Positions 48,958-60,092 of a stretch of DNA of 64,000 bases are shown here, one piece after another (within the stretch, counting starts at the first letter, position 1; each line of letters starts with the position of its first letter). A program made the position numbers and the translations under genes. Under the pieces are notes generated by a model. That model was given only the letters and a program-made list of their open reading frames with translations. It ran no database searches and was not told the origin of the DNA. The DNA is from Massalongia carnosa (Eukaryota): contig OZ287075.1 of assembly GCA_965645245.1 (NCBI GenBank), forward strand, positions 744,001 through 808,000, read 5' to 3'.

Positions 48958-49886
48958 GGATTTATAAATAAATCGATGTTGCCTTTGCTATATCCCCTTT
49001 ATCGCCACCAAATAATTTATTCTGACGTTCCCCGGACGTAATAGTCAGAATAGAGAGTTTTTACACCGATTTACTGGTCTAAAGACTCTTGCTTTCCAAA
49101 CCCTATTTATTTGACAATAACAAGTCAAATAAATCCTAGTCGAGTTAAAATAGACCGTTCCTCGCTTAGGCAATAGATCTTATTTAACTCTTTACCTTGA
49201 CACTACGATATATGGAATATAATAAGAATTTTACGATCGAACAGAAAAATTTTTTTTTTTTTTTTTTTGAAAAATGTTTTTGATCCAGAAATAAAAATCA
49301 AGTACAATGAGAGAGAGGAGACTTCCTATTCTGGTTAGCCTGAAACAGGGCCTTTGGTTTAACCCTATTTCAGACGTTTCTCCCCTTCGTTTCAGCAGAT
49401 TGTTGGTCGGCAGTTCAACGAAAATCGAAAAAACCCAAAATGGAATAGTGTATACGGTACCGGTAACCTTAAATTTCAAATAAACACCAAGAAGTTTTGT
49501 TGTCTCGAGAACAGGTTGTACAGTTACGCGACAGTGATGATATTTTGTAGATAATTTTTGTGATAATAGATGAGATCTATGCGACAATTAAACCGAAGAA
49601 ATATCGAAAATCGAGCGATTTTTGACGTTGTTGTTGGTGTTTTTGTGTTTTGTAGAATTTTTGGACGCGCTTTTTGGTGAAGGGGCGGACAGACCGCGAG
49701 GAAAACTCTGCAGGAGCAGTGGAAGAGCTCTCCTGTACCCAATTCTGATGGGTTTTAGCTTCTGGTAGGCTCAAATGAATGAGAAGAATGAGGAGAATAA
49801 GTTGGGAAAGTTTCAGTATATCAAAATATAGGGTACCGATGTTTTGGGGGTTGGCTTATTGCTGATGAGTTCAGATTACTGTGCAC
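48958..49886 (-). promoter_or_regulatory. Long structured AUG-free 5' leader of LINE A1
   Basis: No ATG on the sense strand by manual scan; stems with compensatory changes against the A2 leader at 58524-59435. Confidence 0.75.
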
Positions 49887-50969
49887 TTTGTTGTTCCATA
49901 AACTTGTGTCAAAACCGATATTTTCGAATTTTATCGAATATGTGTTTGGAATTCTTTGACAAATAGGGTTATTTTCGCCAATCTTCAATAATCGAATTGC
50001 GTATTTTTGATTTTGCATTAATAATCGAAGTTTAACTGGTAAAACATGTGATTCAATTTCCATCGCCTGAACAGGTGTGGTTTTTAAAGTTCCTAAAATC
50101 TTTCGAATCATTTGATTTTGTAGGTTCTGAAATAGTTTTTCATATTTCTTTTGACCATTATACCAAATTTCTGAGCCGTAGTCCGAAATAGGATTAATGC
50201 AAGACATATAGAGCTGTCTGCATGCGGTCGGTTTCAGACCCCATTCGGATTTCATCAAATTCGGAATTGCAAAAAACGATCGATTCGCAGAAGAGATCCG
50301 CGTTTCGACGTGTTTTTTGAAATTTAGTTTTCGGTCTAACCAGACGCCCAACCATTTGACTACATTTTTCGGTTCTAGTACTGTCCCGTTTGGTAATTCC
50401 AATGTGTCTTTCGATACATTTCTTGTCTTTTCGAAGTGAATCAGCTCGGATTTATCGTCATCAAATTTGACATTATTCGATGCGGCCCAATCAAAGGCCG
50501 TTTTGACTATGATTTCGATTTCTTTGCAATTCTGTTTTGCAGTTTTATTTTCGACATATATTGCAACATCGTCAATAAAACTGGGGGAAAGTGCATTGAA
50601 TTCATTCGTATTTTCGGAAACAAGTGACGAATCTAAATCAGAAATAGAATAGGCGAGATTGGTGAGCCTTGTGGAATTCCTGATTCGATATAATATATTT
50701 TGCTTAAATTTTCATCAAATATCAAATTGATCGATCGTTTTGTCATAAAATGCTTGACCCATTGAATTATTATGCGAGATAATTTCAGCTTTTTCATGAC
50801 ATTTAGCAGTTGAGTAATCGAGACAAAGTCAAATGCGCCTTCGACATCGAGTAATAAACATGATAAGACGTTTTTATTTCTATTTGCAATTTCAATATCA
50901 TGAACAACGTTCATTACTGCGTCAATTGCAGAATGATTTTTGCGTCTGCGCATCTGTTCGATATCGAGC

Positions 50970-52791
50970 TAAGAATGATAAAATAGAGTTGACATCTCCT
51001 TCGTGAAGTCTCTATCCCAGTTTTCGTTCATCTCACTGGTGCGTTTTACGGCCTAAGATTATTGATGAATTCTACGATTGGGGTGAACGACGTCCCTTTC
51101 GCCCAGGTCAAACCCAGTTTACTCCATAAGCATATATCAAGGGCAAGTCTAGCCGTTGCCCATGCGCCGGCGAACCGACGCGGTCTCGTTACGAGCGAGA
51201 TAGACATTCCCTGCTCTATATACACCGACTTGCGCATACTGTCCTCTCGGGCTATGCAGACGGTCTCCGTACGGTGGCCGCCATTGCATACCACGCCTCA
51301 GGGGTTTTTTACGCCCACTTCGCGTTATTCATAAAGGTCTCCCGTTTATGAACCGACCATATCTCGCAGGAATTTCGACCACTATGCTCCTGACCAGGCA
51401 GTATAGTATCGATTTTCCATCCCTATTAACCAAAAAGAGTCGAGGACAACTCGGAGGGGTGCTCGTTTGAAATTCGTCTATTAGCTAAGGGCCTAGACTG
51501 TTATCAATTAACGGGTTCCTCGTATATTGCCCTCTTCTTGTCCCAAGGGTGTCCTATTTGATGACTAGGTTGCCTCCACCATCCCCGGTACGACTCCAGT
51601 TCGGGCTGTGTTGCTCAAGGTAGCCATCAATCGGATGGTTTTCATAACCCAAATTCCTTGTATCGTGTAGGGTGTGACCCTACACTATGTGTCTATATGT
51701 TTTATTTCTTTCAGCCGGAGGGCTCCGAGTTGTAGACGAAGGAGACCCGTGTGACAGACATAGCTGACCCGTGTCGTACGTCTTTAGCTCTCAGCCGATA
51801 ACTGCATGAAAGGACTTGAACCTTTAAGAGTATGAATGAACATTGTTAACGAGGTCTATGTAAATCTTATTTACGAGGTCTTCGAGAACAATATTAACGA
51901 AGTTCCGCTGAACTCTTTTCATTCGTTTTGTGATCCATCGAGGTCTACCCGTGTCAAATCCACACCATGCCCGTGTCAAAATGCATCATTTTCAGCTGAT
52001 GACTGCTAGAAAGGACTTGAACCTCTAAAAATATGTACGCCGATATTAACGGGGTGCAGATCTGTCTTAACGAGCCGCCGCAGAACCCCCTTCACAGGGA
52101 CGTGTTATTGATTTGTGACTGTGTTTTTTGTGACTGTGTGTTTTTTGACTGTGTGTTTGTGACTGTATGTTTGTGACGGTGTGTTTTGTGACTGTGTGCT
52201 TTGTATAACGTGTGATTGATGACTATGTGTTTTGTGACTCTGTGTTTTCCTCGATTTTATTTAACACGCCGGGCCTATTAAATGGGATATTGTTTTTCTG
52301 CTCCGAGATGGAGTTTTCTTGAGGTGACAGCATTCGCCCCGGTGCCTTTACGCGTTCTGTTGATCCCAGCTGATGACTGCATGGGGAGACTTGAACTCTC
52401 AGGAGCTAGAACGCGTGTCGATTGTGCCCGGGTAGGGGATGATGCGGCTCCTTTGGTCCACATCTTCTTCCAGCTGATGACTGCATGAAGGGACTTGAAC
52501 TCTTAGAAGCATGGTGCAGGGACGCGGGCATTCTACCACCCGGCGGTTGGCCTTCGTATCCTCTTCCGTACGTACGTCTGCGACGCGTGTGAACGCGTTA
52601 AATTAGCATTGTTTTATTGCGAAAAGATAGGAGCAAATCTATGTTTGTCGGTCGCTCCACGGTGAGGCCTTTGGCGTCTCCGTGGTAAGAACCGATGGTG
52701 TAGAAGGAGGAGGACCGATGGTGTAGAAGGAGGAGGACCGATGGTGTAGAAGGAGGAGGACCGATGGTATAGAAGGAGGAGGACCGATGGT
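50970..52791 (-). repeat. Unclassified ~1.8-kb non-coding repeat, copy 2 (passenger element)
   Basis: Homologous to 8328-10107; four 22-bp monomers at its right end; 30-nt repeats at 51792, 51993, 52367 and 52471; lies inside the TSD of a LINE A2 insertion. Confidence 0.87.
52692..52791 (-). repeat. Tandem 22-bp monomers (accatcggtcctcctccttctac-type), about 4.5 units
   Basis: accgatggtgtagaaggaggagg-type unit repeated on the plus strand; about 2 units in copy 1 (10063-10107). Confidence 0.9.
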
Positions 52792-55700
52792 AAGGCATTA
52801 CAGTTCCCACACGTCTTTTGCACCGCGTCTCCCGCCCGACGTCGACCCGTAGTCACATCGGAAGGGTATCAAGGGACATAGTTTTTACACCTGTGAAAGG
52901 TTTTCCATGTAACATAACTTAGATAGCTTTGCCCGCATGGGCCGGCCTACGGCCGGTATCATATCGGAGTATGAATACATCATCATCATCATCATCATAA
53001 CCCATCTATGTATCGTCAATTTTCCCCCGTTTATACTCCGTTTTAGTAACAACCTATAGTAATCGAGAAATTATCGATTTTACAATTTGTCTTAGTAAGT
53101 TCGTAAATGTTTCAACATAAATCATTTCTGATTTTACTGTTCGATCTCTCCCCAGCCTACCGTTTCGACAATTTCGTCATCAAGCTGACCTAGTATCCAT
53201 TTTCTAGTCGCGATTTTGTTATTGACAATGAATTTAATTAAAATGTCATTTCCAATTTTTGTATTAAACAAAATATTCAAGTTGATAGTAGTATCGACAT
53301 TTTGTTTCATGTTTTGAATTTCATCGAAATAGTGAATGCAATTCAATAACAAGTGTTCTGGCGTTTGTCGTTGATTGCATCTATTTGTGCATTTTGACGA
53401 ATTATAATCTTTCAATCGATGTAAATATGATCGAAAATAACCGTGTCCGAATTTTAATTGCATAATAGTGGCAAATATCAATTTGGAGCAGTTGTTTGAT
53501 AAATAATAAAAATTCGATATGCCAGTTTGCATTTCGAATTTCTCATAGTATTTGCCTTTCGATTTGCATTGTTGCCATTGATTCGTCCATGTAGTTAGCA
53601 TATTTTGATTTATTTAATCTTTTACATAGTCAAATCTTATCACCGAGGGCTAGACTAGGATTCGATTATGTCCCGTCTTTGCTGTTTTGTCTGCAATTTC
53701 GTTTTCGGTAATTTTCGAATGACTCGGAATCCATTGCAAAATCACCTGATAATTGCTTTCAAATAGGCGTTTTGCGAGCTTTCGAATTTGTCTTGCGAAA
53801 ATATGATTTGTCAAGTTCTTAATTTCGTTTATCGCCTTTATGCTATCAGAAAAAATCCAAATCGTTTTTCTAAATTCGATAAAATATTAGTATTCGACAA
53901 TTTATAGACCTATTTCATGCCTTGTAAAATCGCATGCAGTTCAACATTTTTAATGCTTGACTGTTTGCTTAATTTCCAGCTTTTCGAAATCATATGATAC
54001 TTGATCAGACAATCTTTTTCGATAAATCGATCAAAATTATTGATAATATTATTCCAATTCCGCAAAATTGGTGCAAATGTGACTGCAGACGTTGCAAATT
54101 CGATTTTTGATCCATCCGTATAAAGTAAAACTCGGGATTTATCGGAGTCCATTGATTGAATTTTTGATAAGGTCGAATAATAACTTGATTTTGCACATTC
54201 TTTTGTATTTTCGATTTGAAATTCGATTTTGCATGACGATTTCCAAGGTTTAATGAAATGATTTAATTGTTCAAATTCATCAGTTTTGTGAACTATGTCA
54301 GAAACGGAATAAAGAACGCGAATAAGCTGACTAAGGTATCGTTTATTTTTCTGTTTTTCATCTTCGTTCCATTCGGCATATTTATTTTTCCATAAGCTAG
54401 TGTCAAAACCGATGTTTTCATATTTTATCGAATATGTATTTGGAATTCTTTGACAAATTGGATTATTTTCGGCAATCTTCAATAATTGAATTGCGTATTT
54501 TTGATTTTTCATTAATAATCGAAGTTTGACTGGTAAAACATTTGATTCAATTTCCATCGACTGAACAGGTGTGGTTTTGAAAGTTCCTAAAATTTTCCGA
54601 ATCATTCGATTTTGCAAATTCTGAAATAGTTTTTCATATTTCTTTTGCCCATTATACCAAATTTCTGAATCGTAGTCCGAAATAGGAACATTGCATGACA
54701 AATAGAGCTGTCTGCATGCGGTCGGGTTCAGACCCCATTCGGATTTCATCAAATTCTGAATTGCAAAAAATGATCGATTCGCAGAAGAGATTCGCGTTTC
54801 GACGTGTTTTTTGAAATTTAGTTTTCGGTCTAGCCAGACGCCCAACCATTTGACTACATTTTTCGGTTCTAGTATTGTCCCGTTTGGTAATTCCAATGTG
54901 TCTTTCGATACATTTCTTGTCTTTTCGAAGTGAATCAGCTCGGATTTATCGTCATCAAATTTGACATTATTCGATGCGGCCCAATCAAAAGCTGTTTTGA
55001 CTATGATTTCGATTTCTTTGCAATTTTGTTTTGCAGTTTTATTTTCGACATATATTGCAACATCGTCAATAAAATTGGGAGAATGTGAATTAAATTTCAT
55101 TTGTATTTTCGGAAACAAATGACGAATGTAAATCAGAAATAGAATAGGCAATATTGGTGAACCTTGTGGAATTCCTGATTCGACAAAATATGTTTAACTT
55201 TTATTTTCATCGAATATCAAATTGATCGATCGTTTTGTCATGAAATGCTTAACCCATTGAATTATTATGCGAGATAATTTCAGCTTTTTCATGACATTTA
55301 GCAGTTGATTAATCGAGACAAAGTCAAATGCGCCTATGACATCGAGTAATAAACAGGATAAAACGTTTTTATTTCGATTCGCAATTTCGATAACATGAAC
55401 GAGGTTCATTACTGCGTCAATTGCAGAATGATTTTTGCGTCCGCCCATCTGTTCGATATCTAGTAAATTCGAATTTTCGCCGAAGTAGGCTAGTCGATTT
55501 GCAACGATTTTCTCAGTCATTTTACAAAGACAATTTAGTAATGTGATAATTCGATATGCTTTTGGTAGCGAATAGCCTGATATATTAGGTTTTTTCAGAA
55601 CTGCACCGAGTCCTGTCCGCCAGCATAACGGGTGATAACCGATTCGAATGAATTTCGAATAAATCATGAAAAACACGTTTTTCAACGATTGAAACGATTT

Positions 55701-58700
55701 TTGAACAATTGTAAAATTGATTGCATCAGGTCCACATGCTTTCTTCAGATTAAATATATTAATCGCATTTTGCAGCTCGTTTTCGGTCAAATCTGGCCAA
55801 TTATCATCTTTTTCGCTGTCTTGATTTTGTAAATCTTCGACATTATCGTCTATAAATGGGTTTTTATTGTACATTGCTGACACAAACGCAGTCCGAAGAC
55901 TAAAATCGGACGGATAATTCTTCCATTCTCGACGATGCCTGCACATGATTTTTCGAAGTTCGGTTAAATCTTGCAACCACCAATTTTTCGATTTTGCACA
56001 TATTTTGTTTTCGGAATTAACATTTTAGCCGCGTTTTGATAATTTTTTGCAAATATATCGCTTATTCTTTGAATTGATGATTATTCAATAAAATCTGTAC
56101 TTTTAATTCGTAGTTGATTGAATTTTCGTCTAGAAACTTCGCGAATTTATTCCAATCGGCTTTATTGCAATTATATTTATTCGATAATGCGGTTGCATGT
56201 GACGTCAAATTCTTGAAAGATGCGATTAGTTCAAAGCGGATGACTTCATGATCTGAACCTGTGACTGCGTTTTCATCGATTGCCCAGTTTGTAATTGCAT
56301 TTTCGATTTTGGAATTTGCAAATGTTAAATCAATAACAGATGATGAACTCCCAGAATGTGCGTCGAATGTGCATAAATCAGGTGTGTTTATCAAACTACA
56401 TTTGTTTATTTTCAACCATTTGACTAAATTTTCTGATCGAATTGCGTGTTGAATTTTTGAATTCCACCAGTTATGATGTGCATTGAAATCTCCACAAATG
56501 ACGAATTGATTAGTTGATGTAGGTTGATATTTGATTAAAAGTCGATCGATCGTGTATGTTTCTCGTTCATTTTGACTTTTTTCTTTATAAATTTTGAAAA
56601 TCTGCACTTTTCGAACTTCATCAATTGTAATTTCAATAATTTGCATATCGGAATCGTCAATAAGATCCGTTCTAGGCGTGCATTGCAGTTTGGGATTGCA
56701 TTTTGTGACAAATATAGCTACTCTCGAGCGATAAGTCGCTATTTTCGGCATAATGCATGTAAATGACGGATGTGATATTGTTTTTTGATCTCATGTCCAT
56801 GGTTCCTGAAACATAACAATATAAATTTGATTTGATAAAGCAAATTCCAAACACGAAGTCATTGCATTCGTTGACCTTCCACAGTATTGTTGAATAAATT
56901 TGACATTGTGAGTATTTTCTATATTTGCCAACGAATGCTGTCCTGCCATTATAAGGCGGATAATTCGTCAGCCGATTTATGTGGATTTAATGCAGTAAAC
57001 ATTTCACAATATTCATCATTTGATTGATGATTTTTATTGCAGTTTGCACATTTCACAACAACGTGTGCACACGCAGTTTTCGATTTGCATGTTATGCATT
57101 AATGATTACGTGTTTCATGATTTTGTGCACAAATATTACATTTTGATTTGTTTCGACACTGATAATGCTTGTGTCCGAATTTTTGACAATTAATACATTG
57201 TGTATTCGGACGAACGGAAGTAAATATTTCCGTGTCACAGTGTTTTCCCGCGATATTTACGCCTTTTAACGCGTTTAAGGCCTGATTTCGATCGTTAAAA
57301 GTCAAAACGACCGAAGAATTGACTTTATTTTCGCGGTCTCGCGCTAGTCATCTGGGTAAATCGCATAATTTCATGTTAAGGTTGAATTTCTGGATTTCAT
57401 TTTGCAAATATTGCATATTTTGATCAAACGTTGCAATATTTACTCGATGTGCGATCACTTTAAACCAGGATTCGTCTTTTCGAATTCTTTGTGCATCGAA
57501 CATATGTTCCCATATAGATTTGTTTTCCAACAATTCTGCAGCAGTGTTTTTCGAACTAGTAGTGAGAACGATATTCTGACCGGTTTTCGATTTTTCGACC
57601 GTGTTGATTACGATATCTAACTTCGCGTTGCTGAATTGCGCGTTGATTTGATCTCGAAGTTTCAATAAGTCGATATCGCCGATTTGAATTTTTGGTGTAA
57701 ATATCAGTCGTCTGAGTTTGATTGCATTTAATTCGTCGGTTTTGTCGAATTTGTTCGAGGTTTGACTCGAATTTTTCGATCTGGAAACAGTGGTCCAATT
57801 TTCGGAATTCGCAGTTGCTTTTCCAAGCATTTGACTACAGGATAGAGGCGTGTTATTGACCTTTGTACTCGTAACCCCGGCGGTTTCCTTTCGTGCGTTC
57901 GTGTTGACGACTTTATTTGGATTTTCAGTCGTATTGACTTGTTGAACCCGAGTCGATTTTCGCGTTGTTTCTGAGGTTTGATTACTAATCTGATCAATTA
58001 CCTTGTCCAATTTCCAATTCATCATGTCTAGTGTTGTTTTGATATTAATTGATTTTTTTGTCAATAAGGAATTGACATTATCAATGACTATTGCTGTTTC
58101 TGGATTTTGATCTAAGACAAATGACTTCAATAACGCGGTTTTAGCCGTTTTGAGTAATCCAATCGATTGTGCTCGATTGATTGCTTCTTGGCTTTCCTCT
58201 ACTCGTTCGTCGAATGTTTTTCGTTTGTTACGTTTGATAGGCGGGCTTAATTCTATATTAGAATTTAACGATGGCATGGGTAGATTGGTAGTAAATTGTC
58301 CAGATGGGAATTTGGTTGCTTTTGGGGTCGGCGTAGTCGGGGCGGACGAATATTCATGTGATTAATCCATAGACTCGTCAACTACAGGCGATTTTTCTAT
58401 AAGTCCTACTGACGAGAGCCCCGGAGATTCCATTTGGGGATGGTTTTGAGGAGTGCTCAGGGGTGTTCCCGGGGAGGCTCTAGATATAATTCGTCGAGTT
58501 CTAGGGAGTACCGGATTGAACATGATGTAATAAATAAATCGATATGCCTTTTCAATATCCCTTTTATCACCACCAAATAATTTAATTCTGATGTTCCCCG
58601 GACGTACTAATCAGAATAGAAATTTACACCAATTTACAGGTCTAACGACTCTTGCTTTCCTATCCCTATTTATATGACAATAACTCGTCAAATAAATCCT

Positions 58701-59435
58701 AATCGGGTTAAAATAGACCGTTCCTCGCTTAGGCAGTAAACCTTATTTAACCCTTTACAGATACTACAATAGTTGAAAATAATGAAAGTTTTTTTTTGCT
58801 TTTTTGTGATAAAAATATATCTAAGGCAAGGTAAGATAAAAAGAGACTTCCTATTTTGATTAATCTGAAATAGGATCTTTGGTATAATCCTATTCCGGAC
58901 GTTTTTCCCCTTCTTTTCAGTGATCTGTTGACCGGCCGTTCAATGGAGATCGATAAAGCCTAAAATGGTATATGCAGAAATTATACGTGAAATATACTGT
59001 GAAAATTTGTGCTTGCGGAAGTTCCCGTAACCTTAAATGAGAAATGAACTTCAAAAAAGTTGGTCGTCGCGACAGTTGTTGTACGGTACCGCGACAGTAG
59101 ATATTTTTTGTAGATAATTCTTGTAGTAATAATTGAGGGTAATGCGACAACAGAACAGAAGAAAGTGAGAAAAAAGAGCGATTTTTGGTGATATTGTTGG
59201 TATTTGTTGTTTTTTATAACTTCTTGAGCGCGCTTTATCACGTCTGTCGCGTGCGACCAGCAGAAAATCTCTGCTGGAGCTTTGCTAGAGCTCTCCTACA
59301 CTCAATCTGAGTCCGTTTTTGCTCTGGAGGAGCTCAAATGACTAAGAAAGAGATGTTCAATTGACTGTGAAAGTTATAGAGTATCAAAAGTTGCGGTACT
59401 TGTGTTTCGATAGGTGGTCTTTGGTGTTTTTATCC

Positions 59436-59645
59436 CTGCGTATATCATGCTTTCAAGTGGATTTTCTATTAGAAACTGCTTAGCATCATTCAGAGGCGTG
59501 ACAGTATCATTACAATTCATGATTATGATGATGATCAATAATGAAATAGTTGATGTAGTCAAATGCGTCGTGTTGATGGAATGGAAATAAAATTGCGAAA
59601 AGACGAACTTTGCTTTCCGCCGAACTTTGCTATCCCCGACTAGAG
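59436..59645 (-). mobile_element. 5' part of the pogo/Fot1 transposon (transposase N-terminus and probable terminal region)
   Basis: MNCNDTVTPLNDAKQFLIENPLESMIYA joins the SKIYAARIF segment at ~35650 across the LINE TSD; duplicated agcaaagttcg motif at 59603-59631. Confidence 0.7.
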
Positions 59646-59705
59646 GCGAATGCCTCGAGTCGGCCCAGGTAAGCGAGAGACTAGCCGACGATAGTAGCAA
59701 ATACC

Positions 59706-60038
59706 AATTTAGAACAGTTGTTTGATAAATAATAAAAACTCGATATGCCAGGTTTCATTTCGAATTTCTCGTAGTATTTGAATTTTGATTTGCATTGTTA
59801 CCATTGATTTGTCAATGCGGTTAGCATATTTTTATTTATTTGATCTTTTAAATAATCAAATGTTATCGCCGAGGACTCGACTAGGATTCGATTATGGCCC
59901 GTCTTTGCTGTTTTGTCTGCAATTTCGTTTTCGGTAATTTTTGAATAACTCGGAACCCATTTCAAAATAACCTGATATTTGCATTCAAATAAGCGTTTTG
60001 CGAGCTTTCGAATTTATTTTGCAAAAATATAATTTTTC
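59706..60038 (-). mobile_element. LINE A2 RNase H-region fragment
   Basis: Matches ~42208-42540. Confidence 0.82.
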
Positions 60039-60092
60039 AAGTGGCTGGGCGTATAGAGGAAAGACTTAGTCTCATCGTTTCAATTACGATCA

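Larger units (their letters stand above)
43122..49886 (-). mobile_element. Intact full-length LINE A1 (Tad clade with RNase H), potentially active
   Basis: 13-bp TSD tttgttgttccat at 43109-43121 / 49887-49899; 929-nt 5' UTR; two open ORFs; ~240-nt 3' UTR; A-rich tail. Confidence 0.96.
41629..50968 (-). mobile_element. 5'-truncated LINE A2 (41629-43121 plus 49900-50968), fused at its 5' end to the 1.8-kb passenger
   Basis: Tail at 41629; ORF2 remnants to ~50968 (IEQMRRRKNHSA); TSD aaggcattacagtt at 41615-41628 / 52792-52805 encloses both the LINE and the passenger. Confidence 0.88.
35766..52996 (+). mobile_element. Full-length Tad-like LINE family B (35766-41628 plus 52806-52996) with (CAT)n tail
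   Basis: 16-bp TSD ataacccatctatgta at 35750-35765 / 52997-53012; ORF1, ORF2, and a 3' UTR split by an 11-kb insert; (CAT)7 at 52978-52998. Confidence 0.9.
35652..59435 (-). mobile_element. Full-length degenerate LINE A2 (tail 35652-35765; body 53013-59435), split by a 17-kb nested stack
   Basis: 3' UTR is interrupted at ataacccatctatgta and resumes at 53013. ORF2 remnants 53134-56949; ORF1 56949-58523; 5' UTR to ~59435; TSD cWgcgtatatcWtgc at 35637-35651 / 59436-59450. Confidence 0.87.

Noticed and set aside
49325..49345. Spliceosomal intron in the leader (gctaac...tag)
   Set aside because: The branch motif is not conserved in A2 (attaat) and there is no clear donor site; it cannot be supported without RNA data.
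49680..49745. HDV-like ribozyme in the LINE A leader (ttcctcgcggtc)
   Set aside because: The P1.1 GG and a proper P3 are absent, and the A2 homologue is a simple hairpin.
50970..52791. Retrocopy of telomerase RNA (similar size, defined 3' end)
   Set aside because: I found no TAACCCTAA-type template on the inferred sense strand. A covariance-model search would settle it.
52692..52791. CRISPR-like array
   Set aside because: The repeats are contiguous with no unique spacers, the context is eukaryotic, and there are no cas genes.
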